Assembly: GCA_963834385.1 (NCBI GenBank) | Contig: CAWIBO010000005.1 | Coordinates: forward strand, 672,001-736,000 | Length of the DNA stretch: 64,000 nt | Source of the DNA: an uncultured Verrucomicrobiae bacterium | GTDB taxonomy: Bacteria; Verrucomicrobiota; Verrucomicrobiia; Chthoniobacterales; UBA10450 | Reading direction: 5' to 3' | Made by a program: the position numbers and the translations under genes | Shown here: one piece after another, positions 19,812 through 28,141 of the stretch | Layout: every line of letters starts with the position of its first letter | How positions within the stretch are numbered: the stretch's first letter is position 1 | Notes under the pieces: model-generated | Told to the model about the DNA's origin: nothing | Database searches by the model: none | Seen by the model: only the letters and a program-made list of their open reading frames with translations

Positions 19812-20729
19812 ATGAATCATCAACTTCGGGTGGAGCCCGACCTGGCCGGTCTTCGTCTCGACCTTTACCTGGCCCAGGCTCTCCCGCAGATGTCGCGGTC
19901 CCGGGCCCAGGCGCTTCTTCGCGCGGGTCACGTCCTCCTCAACGGCAGCCGGCCCCGGCCGCGCGACCCGGTGCATCCGGGCGATCTGGTCACAGTGGAG
20001 GAACCGCCCGCGCCGCGCCTCGAGGCCGAGCCGCAGGATATTCCGCTTCATCTCCTGCATGAGGATGACGATCTGCTGGTGGTGAACAAACCGCCCGGAC
20101 TGGTGGTGCATCCCGGCGCCGGCAACGCCCGCGACACGCTGGTCAATGCCCTCCTCCACCATTGCACCACGCTTTCGCGCATCGGCGACCGGGAACGGCC
20201 CGGCATCGTGCACCGGATCGACAAGGACACGAGCGGCTGCCTGGTCGTGGCCAAGACGGACCAGGCGCATCAATCCCTTTCGCAGCAGTTCGCGGAACGG
20301 ACGGTGGAAAAAGTTTATCTCGCCCTGGCCGCCGGCACGCCGCGGCGGGTCCACGGCGAAATCGAGGCGCCCATCGGCCGGCATCCCGTGCACCGGCAAC
20401 GCATGAGCGTCGAGCCCCGCCGGGGACGCGCCGCCCGCACCGGCTACCGTGTTCTCACCGGGAACGGTGACGCTTCACTCGTGGAATGCCGGCTGCACAG
20501 CGGGCGCACCCATCAGATCAGGGTGCATCTGCATCACCTCGGGCATCCGATCCTGGGCGACCGGGTTTACGGGCCGAGGCTGGCAGCCCGCTTTCCGCGG
20601 CAGATGCTGCATGCCTGGAAGCTCGGGTTTCTCCATCCACGCGACGGCACGGCCCGCCTTTTTGTGGCCCCGTGTCCCGCCGATTTTCGCACGGCCATGG
20701 CGTCACTCGCCCTGCGTCACGATGTCTGA
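19812..20729 (+). CDS. RluA family pseudouridine synthase (RluD-like)
   Basis: S4 domain (RLDLYLA), VNKPPGLVVHP, HRIDKDTSG, GRTHQIRVH and LGDRVYG motifs; ATG at 19812. Confidence 0.93.
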   Translation: MNHQLRVEPDLAGLRLDLYLAQALPQMSRSRAQALLRAGHVLLNGSRPRPRDPVHPGDLVTVEEPPAPRLEAEPQDIPLHLLHEDDDLLVVNKPPGLVVHPGAGNARDTLVNALLHHCTTLSRIGDRERPGIVHRIDKDTSGCLVVAKTDQAHQSLSQQFAERTVEKVYLALAAGTPRRVHGEIEAPIGRHPVHRQRMSVEPRRGRAARTGYRVLTGNGDASLVECRLHSGRTHQIRVHLHHLGHPILGDRVYGPRLAARFPRQMLHAWKLGFLHPRDGTARLFVAPCPADFRTAMASLALRHDV

Positions 20730-22052
20730 TTTCCTGCGCTCGAGCAGACCGGCGAGGAAAACCAGCAACGGGGGCACGATGATGAGAAGGCGCAGCCAGA
20801 GTTCCGAGCGCCACGGGAGCAGGAAGAGGCGCTCGTTCCAGAAAAGGTAATAGGCGAAGAGCGAAACGGAGAGAACGTGCCAGGCATAGGCGCGTCGCCA
20901 GGCCGCCAGGGCCAGGATCCAGGTGCAATACCATGGATGCAGGACCGGCGAGAGGATCAGGGCCGCACCCAGCACCCAGAGCATTCCCCGTTTCCAGTTG
21001 CGCCAGAAAAACAGGGAGACCAACGCGACCACGCCGAGGATGATGACGGTGTAGCGATAGTTTTTCTGCCGCGGATTCGGCCAGACGGTGTCCTCAATGA
21101 TCCACCAGAAAAGATCGTTCAGGCGCGTGACATAGGCGAAATCACCAAGCGAATCCCAGATCCGCACGTGCGGAAAACCGAAGGGCAGGCTGAGGGCGAC
21201 CGGCACCAGCACGGCCAGGGCGAGGGCGGGCGCGCGCCGGCGCAGGGCCAGGGCGAAAAGCGGCAGGAGCAGCGCCGGGATTAACTTGATCGAGATGGCG
21301 AGGCCGAGAAGAAAGGCCGAACCCGCAGCGAACTTCCAGCGCGCCCCGGTTTCGCCCGCCGCTTCGGACCTGAGCAACAGAAGAATGGCGCCCATGAGCG
21401 GCGCCAGCATCAGGCTGTCGAAATGGGCCGCGCCCGCGAAGCTGTAGGCGAGGAGCGGGTTCCAGGCGTACCAGGCGCCGACGGCATGGCGCGCGCCGCC
21501 GCCGACGATGCGCAGGAGAAGTCCGACCGCCAGCAGGTCCGCCACGGCAAAAAGCGCCTTGTAAGGCCAGCCCGACGAGGTCAACGCGTGCAAGCCGCGG
21601 AAAACCAGCTCCGCGCCCGCCGGGTAAATCGCGCGGTAATCGCGGTGATTGATCCGCCACCAGTCCTCAAAACGTTCGCGCTCGCCCGCCAGTTCCGGGG
21701 CTTCCGGCGCGAGCAGATAGGGATTGAACCCGGCCTGCTGGATCCGGCCTTCCCATTGATACCGGTAAAGATCGTCTCCCGGCGTCATCGGGAAGGCCAG
21801 CAGCCGCAGCAGGAGGGCCACGCTCCAGAAGACGATGGCCGCGGAACGGCCCCCGCCACCACGCGCGAACTGGGCCGACGCCTGCAGGTAGAAAACCCCC
21901 GCCATGATCGCCAGCGTGACGAAGCGAACGGGATTCTCCTCCCGCGTCCAGTCGTCGAACCAGTTCAACGAGGCGAAAAACGCGAGCAACCCGATCACGG
22001 AAAACCAGAATTGCCAGCGCCGGACAGCCGGTGGCGGGGAAAGCGCGGTCAT
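20703..22052 (-). CDS. multi-pass GT-C glycosyltransferase (GT87/DUF2029-like)
   Basis: DDLYRYQWEG, NPY, IYP, WNPL, AHFD and HPWY motifs; many TM helices. Confidence 0.75.
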   Translation of the reverse strand: MTALSPPPAVRRWQFWFSVIGLLAFFASLNWFDDWTREENPVRFVTLAIMAGVFYLQASAQFARGGGGRSAAIVFWSVALLLRLLAFPMTPGDDLYRYQWEGRIQQAGFNPYLLAPEAPELAGERERFEDWWRINHRDYRAIYPAGAELVFRGLHALTSSGWPYKALFAVADLLAVGLLLRIVGGGARHAVGAWYAWNPLLAYSFAGAAHFDSLMLAPLMGAILLLLRSEAAGETGARWKFAAGSAFLLGLAISIKLIPALLLPLFALALRRRAPALALAVLVPVALSLPFGFPHVRIWDSLGDFAYVTRLNDLFWWIIEDTVWPNPRQKNYRYTVIILGVVALVSLFFWRNWKRGMLWVLGAALILSPVLHPWYCTWILALAAWRRAYAWHVLSVSLFAYYLFWNERLFLLPWRSELWLRLLIIVPPLLVFLAGLLERRKSDIVTQGE

Positions 22053-22058
22053 GCCGCG

Positions 22059-24611
22059 TCAGCCCGCGGCCGAGGCGGCCGGCGCAGCCGGAGCGGGACG
22101 CCCCTTGCCCCTCATCGCGGCCAGGCCCACCCGCGAAGCGGCCAGGTCCACCAGCTCGGCCACGCGCCGTTTCAAGCGCAGGGCGCGCAGACCGAGAAAA
22201 CCGAAGAAGACGATGGTCGCCACCCAGAAAAACCAGTCGAGATGCGCCGCGCCAAGCTGGCGGTAAACCACCAGGGTGAGGAAAAGAAGCAAAGCCACGA
22301 TCGTGGTCGCCACCGGCCGTGCCCGCAGACTCACCCGGGTCAGGCATTTTGGTCCCCCGTGATATTCGGTCACGCTTTGCAGGGTCACGCTCCACCAAAA
22401 ATTCCCGTAGATTTGCACGTCCCATTCATTCCACCCGGTGTCGGTGGAATAACGCCATCCCTCCTCCTCGAGCTGGCCAATCACGCCGGTGAGAAAATGG
22501 TGCCGGTCGCGTCCCTCCTCGCTCCAGAAATTTCGGCGGCGCGCTCCTCCCCCGGCGCGGGCCCCGGCCGGCAGGGTCTCATGCGTGGCGATGACCTTGC
22601 GCGGGGTGCGCTTGAACTGGAGCCAGGTGAAATAGCGGGCCCATCCGCGCACCACCGGTTGGGCAAAGGCCAGGAACATCACCAGCAGACGCGCGGGGAT
22701 GGTGTCGAAGCGCGGCTCAATCCGCGCCTGCACCATGTAGGAAAGCGCCACGCAGAGGGTCCCTCCCAGCATCAGGTAGGGCACAATGCGCAGGTCGGGC
22801 ACGAAGATGCCGGCCCCGAAAAGAAACACCGTCAGGGCCAGCCATTCCACGCTCCGCAGATACGAGGCCAGCTCGGACTGCGGTGTCGGATAGATCGACT
22901 GGAAAAAGCCTTCGCCGAAAACGCCGTGGTAAATGATCGGGCGCGAAATAAACCAGCTGAATCGCGGGGTGCCGTAAATCTGCCCGCGCCATTTCGCCGT
23001 GCCGGTCGGCCCGAAAAAGACAAGGTGCTTGAAGCGCAGGAGCGATTCCGCCTCGCCGTAGCCTTCCTGCTGTTTCCAAAAGGCGCGGATGGTGAAACGC
23101 CGGTAGTGCCAGACGATCGCGGTGGGGCTGAACGCGATCACGCCTCCCGCCTGCATGATCCGCCAGCAGAAGTCGACGTCGTCCCCCGCCTTGTGATACT
23201 CGGTGTCGAAGCCCCCGACATTTTCAAAGGCCCAGCGATACCAGGCCATGTTGCACCCGGGAATGTGCTCCGCCACGGTGTCGGTCAGGAGCACATGGCT
23301 TGGGCCGCCGGGGGCCGCGGCCACGCAGGCCTGCACCCAGTTTTGCGCGGGCGGGGAAACGTTCGGCCCGCCCACCCCGGCGTAATCGCCGCTGACGAGA
23401 GTGCCGATGAGGTAATACAGCCAGTCAGGGTCGGCCATGCAGTCGGAATCGGTGTAGGCCAGCACCTCGCCCCGCGCCGCCGTCGCGCCGGTGTTGCGCG
23501 CGTGGCTCAGGCCGTGGTTTTCCTGCCGAAGATAACGGACCTCCGGGAACCGCTGCGCAATCTCGGGCGTTTCGTCCTTTGACCCGTCGTCCACCAGGAC
23601 AACCTCGTAGTCGGGATAATTAAGCCGGCCCAATGATTCGAGGCAGGCCGCCAGGGTCTTGGCGCCATTGTAGGAGCAGACGATCACGGAAACCGAGGGC
23701 GTGCGCGGCAGGTTGCGGTGCGGCAGTTCGGCGTCGCTCTGACCGAGTTTGTCGCGCAGGGTGGCAAAGACCTTCTTCGGCTTCCGCTCGCGGGTGACCA
23801 GGCCGAACGCCCAGTCCGTGATCTCCTGCTCGCCGGTATACCATTCGTCGGTCCAGGAAAAGAAAATGGTGCCGGAGAGCCCGCACTTCACCACGCTGTC
23901 GATGTGCCAGCCGAGCATCTCCGCCTGCTCCTCCTCGCTGTGGCGGATGGTGTCCATGCCGAACTCGCCCAGCATCAGCGGGCGTTCCTCCGCCAGGTTC
24001 TGCAGCCGAAGGAGATAGCGCTCGAACTCGTCCTGATTGTGCAGGTAGACGTTGAAGCAAAAGAAATCGACGTTTTGCGGCAGCAAATACTCCGTCGGCG
24101 GAAAACTGGCGTAGGAATAAAGCACCGCCGGATCAGTGGCCCGCGCGGTCCGGATCAACTGTTCAAGAAACTCCGTCACCCGGCGCACTCCCAGCCAGCG
24201 CACCATGCTGCTGGCGATCTCGTTCCCGACGAGGTATCCGAAAATCGCCGGGTGCCCGGCATGGGTGGCGACGCCCTGCCGCACCTCCGCGGCAATCTTC
24301 CGGCGCGCCTCGGCCCGGTTCAAAAATTCAATGTGCTTCGTCCAGGGAAGCGAAATGAGCACCCGCACGCCGTGGGCGGCGCAGCCATCGAGAAACCAGC
24401 GCGGCGGCACATGGTAAATGCGAACGAGGTTGAACCCGGCCTGCCGCATCATGCCGAGATCCCGCTCGAGCTGTTCCGGCGTGCCGACGTAATGACCCTC
24501 CGCGTCCGGCCGGAACGGGCCGTAAGTCACCCCCTTGATGAAGAACTTGCGTTCGCCCTCGAAGAAAAACTTGGCGACCGCGCGAATGCGCTGCTCCGGC
24601 GGTGAACTCAC
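22059..24611 (-). CDS. glycoside hydrolase (clan GH-A TIM barrel) fused to GT2 glycosyltransferase and TM domain
   Basis: GNE acid/base and GEFG nucleophile motifs; GT2 VDDGS, TDSD and GDDVD motifs; C-terminal hydrophobic helices. Confidence 0.85.
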   Translation of the reverse strand: MSSPPEQRIRAVAKFFFEGERKFFIKGVTYGPFRPDAEGHYVGTPEQLERDLGMMRQAGFNLVRIYHVPPRWFLDGCAAHGVRVLISLPWTKHIEFLNRAEARRKIAAEVRQGVATHAGHPAIFGYLVGNEIASSMVRWLGVRRVTEFLEQLIRTARATDPAVLYSYASFPPTEYLLPQNVDFFCFNVYLHNQDEFERYLLRLQNLAEERPLMLGEFGMDTIRHSEEEQAEMLGWHIDSVVKCGLSGTIFFSWTDEWYTGEQEITDWAFGLVTRERKPKKVFATLRDKLGQSDAELPHRNLPRTPSVSVIVCSYNGAKTLAACLESLGRLNYPDYEVVLVDDGSKDETPEIAQRFPEVRYLRQENHGLSHARNTGATAARGEVLAYTDSDCMADPDWLYYLIGTLVSGDYAGVGGPNVSPPAQNWVQACVAAAPGGPSHVLLTDTVAEHIPGCNMAWYRWAFENVGGFDTEYHKAGDDVDFCWRIMQAGGVIAFSPTAIVWHYRRFTIRAFWKQQEGYGEAESLLRFKHLVFFGPTGTAKWRGQIYGTPRFSWFISRPIIYHGVFGEGFFQSIYPTPQSELASYLRSVEWLALTVFLFGAGIFVPDLRIVPYLMLGGTLCVALSYMVQARIEPRFDTIPARLLVMFLAFAQPVVRGWARYFTWLQFKRTPRKVIATHETLPAGARAGGGARRRNFWSEEGRDRHHFLTGVIGQLEEEGWRYSTDTGWNEWDVQIYGNFWWSVTLQSVTEYHGGPKCLTRVSLRARPVATTIVALLLFLTLVVYRQLGAAHLDWFFWVATIVFFGFLGLRALRLKRRVAELVDLAASRVGLAAMRGKGRPAPAAPAASAAG

Positions 24612-24664
24612 AGGGGAGTTCCCTAGTCGAACACCGCCGCAGAGGCAAAGTTAATCGGCTCTGC

Positions 24665-25252
24665 TCAGGCCAGGCGGGGCTCCACGATCTTTCGGAGGCG
24701 CATCATGCCCCGGCGGATTCGCGCTTTCACCGTTCCGAGCGGTTCGCGCAGCCTCTCGGCGATCTCGTTTTGGGTCAGACCGCCGAAAAACGCGAGCTCA
24801 ATGGCGCGCCGCTGGTCGTCCGAAAGCTGCATCACCGCGCTCCGGACAATCGCCTGCGTTTCGTGCGAGGCGGCTTCCTCGGCCGAATCGGACTCGGTGG
24901 CATTGTCCCAGGCGGCGGATTCCCGCTCAATATCGTCCTGGAGCCGGTTGCGGCGCTGGACCCGGCGAAGACGATCGATCGCCTTGTTCCGGGTCAGGGT
25001 CATGGCCCAGGTAAGCGGTTTCCCCCGACGAACATCGTAAACGTCCGCTTTCTCCCAGATCTGTGTAAAGACCTCCTGAAGAACGTCTTCCGCGTCGGAA
25101 AGATTGTTCACGATACGGTAGGCAGTGGCTTGGAGAACGCCGGAGAACCGGCGGTAAAGCTCTTCAAGACAGGCGCGTTCACCACGGCCGGTGGCCACGA
25201 GGAGATCAGCGTCAGTCAATTCGGTTAGCGCAGGGAGTGAGTAGGTAGACAT
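24665..25252 (-). CDS. ECF RNA polymerase sigma factor (SigK-like)
   Basis: Region 2 AEDVLQEVF..W..TLTRNKAIDRLR; region 4 GLTQNEIAERLREPLGTVKARIRRG. Confidence 0.93.
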   Translation of the reverse strand: MSTYSLPALTELTDADLLVATGRGERACLEELYRRFSGVLQATAYRIVNNLSDAEDVLQEVFTQIWEKADVYDVRRGKPLTWAMTLTRNKAIDRLRRVQRRNRLQDDIERESAAWDNATESDSAEEAASHETQAIVRSAVMQLSDDQRRAIELAFFGGLTQNEIAERLREPLGTVKARIRRGMMRLRKIVEPRLA

Positions 25253-25287
25253 ATGATTAACAAGTTATAGACAATACTACGACAATA
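25246..25287. promoter_or_regulatory. four 11-bp-phased direct repeats (TnnACA), candidate repressor operator
   Basis: TAGACA at 25246, TTAACA at 25257, TAGACA at 25268 and ACGACA at 25279, in an AT-rich patch over the sigma start and promoter. Confidence 0.55.
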
Positions 25288-25432
25288 GTTCGGCAGCAAG
25301 GGTCTTTCCGGTTGCTTCCCCGCAACGTTTTTTCGCAATTTTTCCGCTCCGCGGGCCAGGACCCCGGCTCTGGGCCCGCATTTCCGGCCCTTATTGATTG
25401 CGCTCCGCGGCCCCCTCGGGGAGGTTCCCGCC

Positions 25433-25597
25433 ATGACGCCGGCACAGAAGAAACTCGTTCGTTATGTCTGCCTGGCCGACGCGGTGATTGCCCTGGTGCT
25501 CCTTGGCCTTTCCCTGACCGGTCTCTCGACCCTGCCGATCTGGCTCCCTCTCCTGCTGCTGGTCAGCGCCGGCGGCCTCCTTTGGGCCATCCGTTGA
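25433..25597 (+). CDS. small two-TM membrane protein (54 aa)
   Basis: GGGAGG Shine-Dalgarno before ATG 25433; two hydrophobic helices. Confidence 0.65.
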   Translation: MTPAQKKLVRYVCLADAVIALVLLGLSLTGLSTLPIWLPLLLLVSAGGLLWAIR

Positions 25598-25619
25598 AGC
25601 CGGCTCCGTCGCGGCTCCC

Positions 25620-26906
25620 TTAATCCGCCAGCGCCGCCCGGATAACCTCGCCGGTCCGGGCCATTTCCTCCGGTCCGTGCGCGGTGGAGATGAACCCGGT
25701 CTCAAACTGGGACGGCGCGAGGTAAACGCCACCTTCCCGGCACGCATGGAAAAACCGGGCAAACCTCTTCAGATCGGACCGTTTGGCGTCCGCCAGCGAC
25801 CGGATCTCGCCCCCGGCAAAAAAGAGGCAGAACATCGACCCTAGCCGGTGCCATGTCGCCACCGTCCCGGTCTGGCGCAGGGCGTCGCGCATGGTTTCCT
25901 CCAGTTGCGCGCCCGAATCTTCCAGGCTTTTCCAGGCGTCCAGACGCTCCAGCTCGCGCAATTGTGCCAGGCCCGCCGCCAGCGCCAGCGGATTTCCCGA
26001 AAGGGTGCCCGCCTGGTAAACCGGCCCCGCGGGCGACAGTTTGTCCATGATCTCGGCCCGTCCGCCAAATGCTCCGACCGGCAGGCCGCCCCCGATCACT
26101 TTGCCGAGGGCCGTCAGGTCAGGACGAATTCCGTAGATTTCCTGCGCTCCACCTCGCGCGACACGGAACCCCGTCATCACTTCATCGAAGATCAACAGCG
26201 CACCCGCCCGCCGGCATTCCTCCTGAAGGGTGTCGAGGAACTCCGCAGTCGGAAAATAGAGACCGGCATTGGCGGGAACCGGTTCGAGGATGACACCGGC
26301 AACCTCGGCCCCATTGCGCGCAAAGGCTGCTCGCAAGGCGGCCGGGTCGTTAAAGGGGAGTGAAATTGTCAGGTCGGCAAACCCCCGCGGCACACCGGCG
26401 CTGTCCGGTTCCCCATGGGTCAGGGCACCGCTGCCGGCGCTGACCAGGAGGGAATCGACGTGGCCATGATAGCACCCTTCAAACTTGATGATCTTGTCCC
26501 GGCCGGTGAAACCGCGTGCCAGCCGCACGCACGACATGGTCGCCTCGGTGCCGCTGTTCACCATCCGGACCTTCTCGATTGAAGGCACCCACTGGCAGAG
26601 CAGCTCCGCCATCTCCACCTCCGCCGGGTTGGGCGTGCCGAAGCTCAGTCCGCGCGCCGCCGCCTCGGAGACGGCCTCGACCACGACTCTGGGGGCGTGT
26701 CCAAGAATGGCCGGACCCCAGGTGCCGACGTAATCGATGTACTCGTTGCCGTCGGCGTCCCAGATCCGGGCGCCCTCGGCGCGGGTGACGAAAAAAGGTT
26801 CGCCGCCGACGTTGCGGAAAGCGCGCACCGGGGAGTTCACTCCGCCCGGGATGCGCCGGAGCGCGCGTTGGAAGAGATCATGGGAGAGACCGGTCGGCGC
26901 GCTCAC
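25620..26906 (-). CDS. hemL: glutamate-1-semialdehyde 2,1-aminomutase
   Basis: PGGVNSPVRAF, NSGTEA, FEGCYHGH, FDEVMTGFR, GKVIGGG and QAGTLSGNP motifs; GTG start at 26906 inferred. Confidence 0.96.
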   Translation of the reverse strand: MSAPTGLSHDLFQRALRRIPGGVNSPVRAFRNVGGEPFFVTRAEGARIWDADGNEYIDYVGTWGPAILGHAPRVVVEAVSEAAARGLSFGTPNPAEVEMAELLCQWVPSIEKVRMVNSGTEATMSCVRLARGFTGRDKIIKFEGCYHGHVDSLLVSAGSGALTHGEPDSAGVPRGFADLTISLPFNDPAALRAAFARNGAEVAGVILEPVPANAGLYFPTAEFLDTLQEECRRAGALLIFDEVMTGFRVARGGAQEIYGIRPDLTALGKVIGGGLPVGAFGGRAEIMDKLSPAGPVYQAGTLSGNPLALAAGLAQLRELERLDAWKSLEDSGAQLEETMRDALRQTGTVATWHRLGSMFCLFFAGGEIRSLADAKRSDLKRFARFFHACREGGVYLAPSQFETGFISTAHGPEEMARTGEVIRAALAD

Positions 26907-27001
26907 ATGGAGTCCATAACGCGAAACTCCTCGCACTGCCACCGAGGGAAAGGTCGGGTAAGCTTCTCAAATGCGTTTGTTGTCCCGCTGAGCGGGGTTG
27001 A

Positions 27002-27031
27002 TTGACAGTGCTTCCTCTCCCCCCTTACTGT
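27002..27031 (+). promoter_or_regulatory. sigma70-type promoter of tRNA-Cys
   Basis: TTGACA (27002-27007), 18-nt spacer, TACTGT (27026-27031), 12 nt before the tRNA. Confidence 0.6.
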
Positions 27032-27043
27032 GCGCCTGCCTTC

Positions 27044-27115
27044 GGCGGGGTAGCCAAGTGGTAAGGTCGCGGTCTGCAAAACCGCTATTCGCGGGTTCGA
27101 TTCCCGCCCCCGCCT
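27044..27115 (+). tRNA. tRNA-Cys (anticodon GCA), CCA not encoded
   Basis: Acceptor stem GGCGGGG/CCCCGCC with U discriminator, anticodon arm GCGGT-CTGCAAA-ACCGC, T arm GCGGG-TTCGATT-CCCGC. Confidence 0.97.
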
Positions 27116-27710
27116 CTTCATCACCCGCGGTTCTTTCATGACAACGGGGTCTTCGTTCCACGGGCTGGTTCGATTGATGAGTCCGCCTCCCGGCGGCCTC
27201 ACCCCGGTCGGGGCTTCGTCAAACAAGCTCGCCTCCCGGCGGCTTGTTTCCCGCCCCCGCCTCTTCATCACCCGCGGTTCTTTCATGACAACGGGGTCTT
27301 GGTTCCACGGGCTGGTTCGATTGATGAGTCCGCCTCCCGGCGGCCTCACCCCGGTCGGGGCTTCGTCAAACAAGCTCGCCTCCCGGCGGCTTGTTTCCCG
27401 CCCCCGCCTCTTCATCACCCGCGGTTCTTTCATGACAACGGGGTCTTCGTTCCACGGGCTGGTTCGATTGATGAGTCCGCCTCCCGGCGGCCTCACCCCG
27501 GTCGGGGCTTCGTCAAACAAGCTCGCCTCCCGGCGGCTTGTTTCCCGCCCCCGCTTCATCACGGGTTCTTTCATGACAACGGGGCTCGTTCCACGGGCGG
27601 TTCAATTGATGAGTCCTCCGCGGCCTCACCGGTCGGGGCTTCGTCAAACAAGCTCGCCTCCCGCGGCTTGTTCCCGGCCTCTTCTTCATCCGCGGCCCTT
27701 TCGTGACAAC
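27101..27710 (+). repeat. tRNA-linked tandem repeat: 3 near-identical 147-bp units, 1 degenerate 129-bp unit and 1 partial unit
   Basis: Units start at 27101, 27248, 27395, 27542 and 27671; units 1-3 begin with the tRNA-Cys 3' 15-mer TTCCCGCCCCCGCCT; only one substitution seen among units 1-3 (27301). Confidence 0.95.
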
Positions 27711-27721
27711 CGGCGCCGAAA

Positions 27722-28141
27722 TCACTTCTCAAGGATCCAGCCGCCGGCGACGCGGCGCCGGACCGTGGTGTATCCTTTCGAACCCGGTTCGGGCCCGGGA
27801 TGCACTTTGATGGTGAGACGGCCGGTGGCCCGGTCGAGGAAAAATTCCTTGGCCGGCCAGGTGCCATCGCCGGGAACGAAGAGGTAGTCCGGGCTTTTGC
27901 CACGGTTTTCCGGGAGACGCCGGGCATGTCGCACGGATACGGAAAAGCTCTCCACTGTTTCCTCGTGAAACTCGTAGGCGGGCAGAGCAAGAATGTACTC
28001 CTCGATTGAGGCCGATGCGGACCATTCCTCCCGCGGCGTTTCTTGGTTCGTGATCTCCCGGCTTCGGTCGCCAGCGCAAGCGACCAGCAAACTGGCGAAC
28101 AGGCCACCGACAAGCAGCCGCAGAGCGTTTCCGGCGGTCAC
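27722..28141 (-). CDS. hypothetical lipoprotein
   Basis: Hydrophobic N-terminus with lipobox LLVAC; ATG overlaps the upstream TGA. Confidence 0.7.
   Translation of the reverse strand: MTAGNALRLLVGGLFASLLVACAGDRSREITNQETPREEWSASASIEEYILALPAYEFHEETVESFSVSVRHARRLPENRGKSPDYLFVPGDGTWPAKEFFLDRATGRLTIKVHPGPEPGSKGYTTVRRRVAGGWILEK

Noticed and set aside
27221..27275. Hammerhead ribozyme (minus strand TGATGA..GAAAC-stem-GTT; plus strand TTGATGAG)
   Set aside because: The core reads GUGAUGA rather than CUGAUGA, the would-be stem II (AGAGGCGGGGGCGG) cannot pair and no stem I closes. The plus-strand version lacks GAAA.
27101..27710. CRISPR array
   Set aside because: Whole 147-bp units are near-identical, with no unique spacers, and no cas genes are in the window.
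26903..27887. Repeat-protein ORFs (26903..27574 minus; 27138..27887 and 27299..27706 plus)
   Set aside because: A period divisible by 3 in GC-rich DNA keeps frames open. One ORF runs antisense through the tRNA, and unit 4 indels break the frames.
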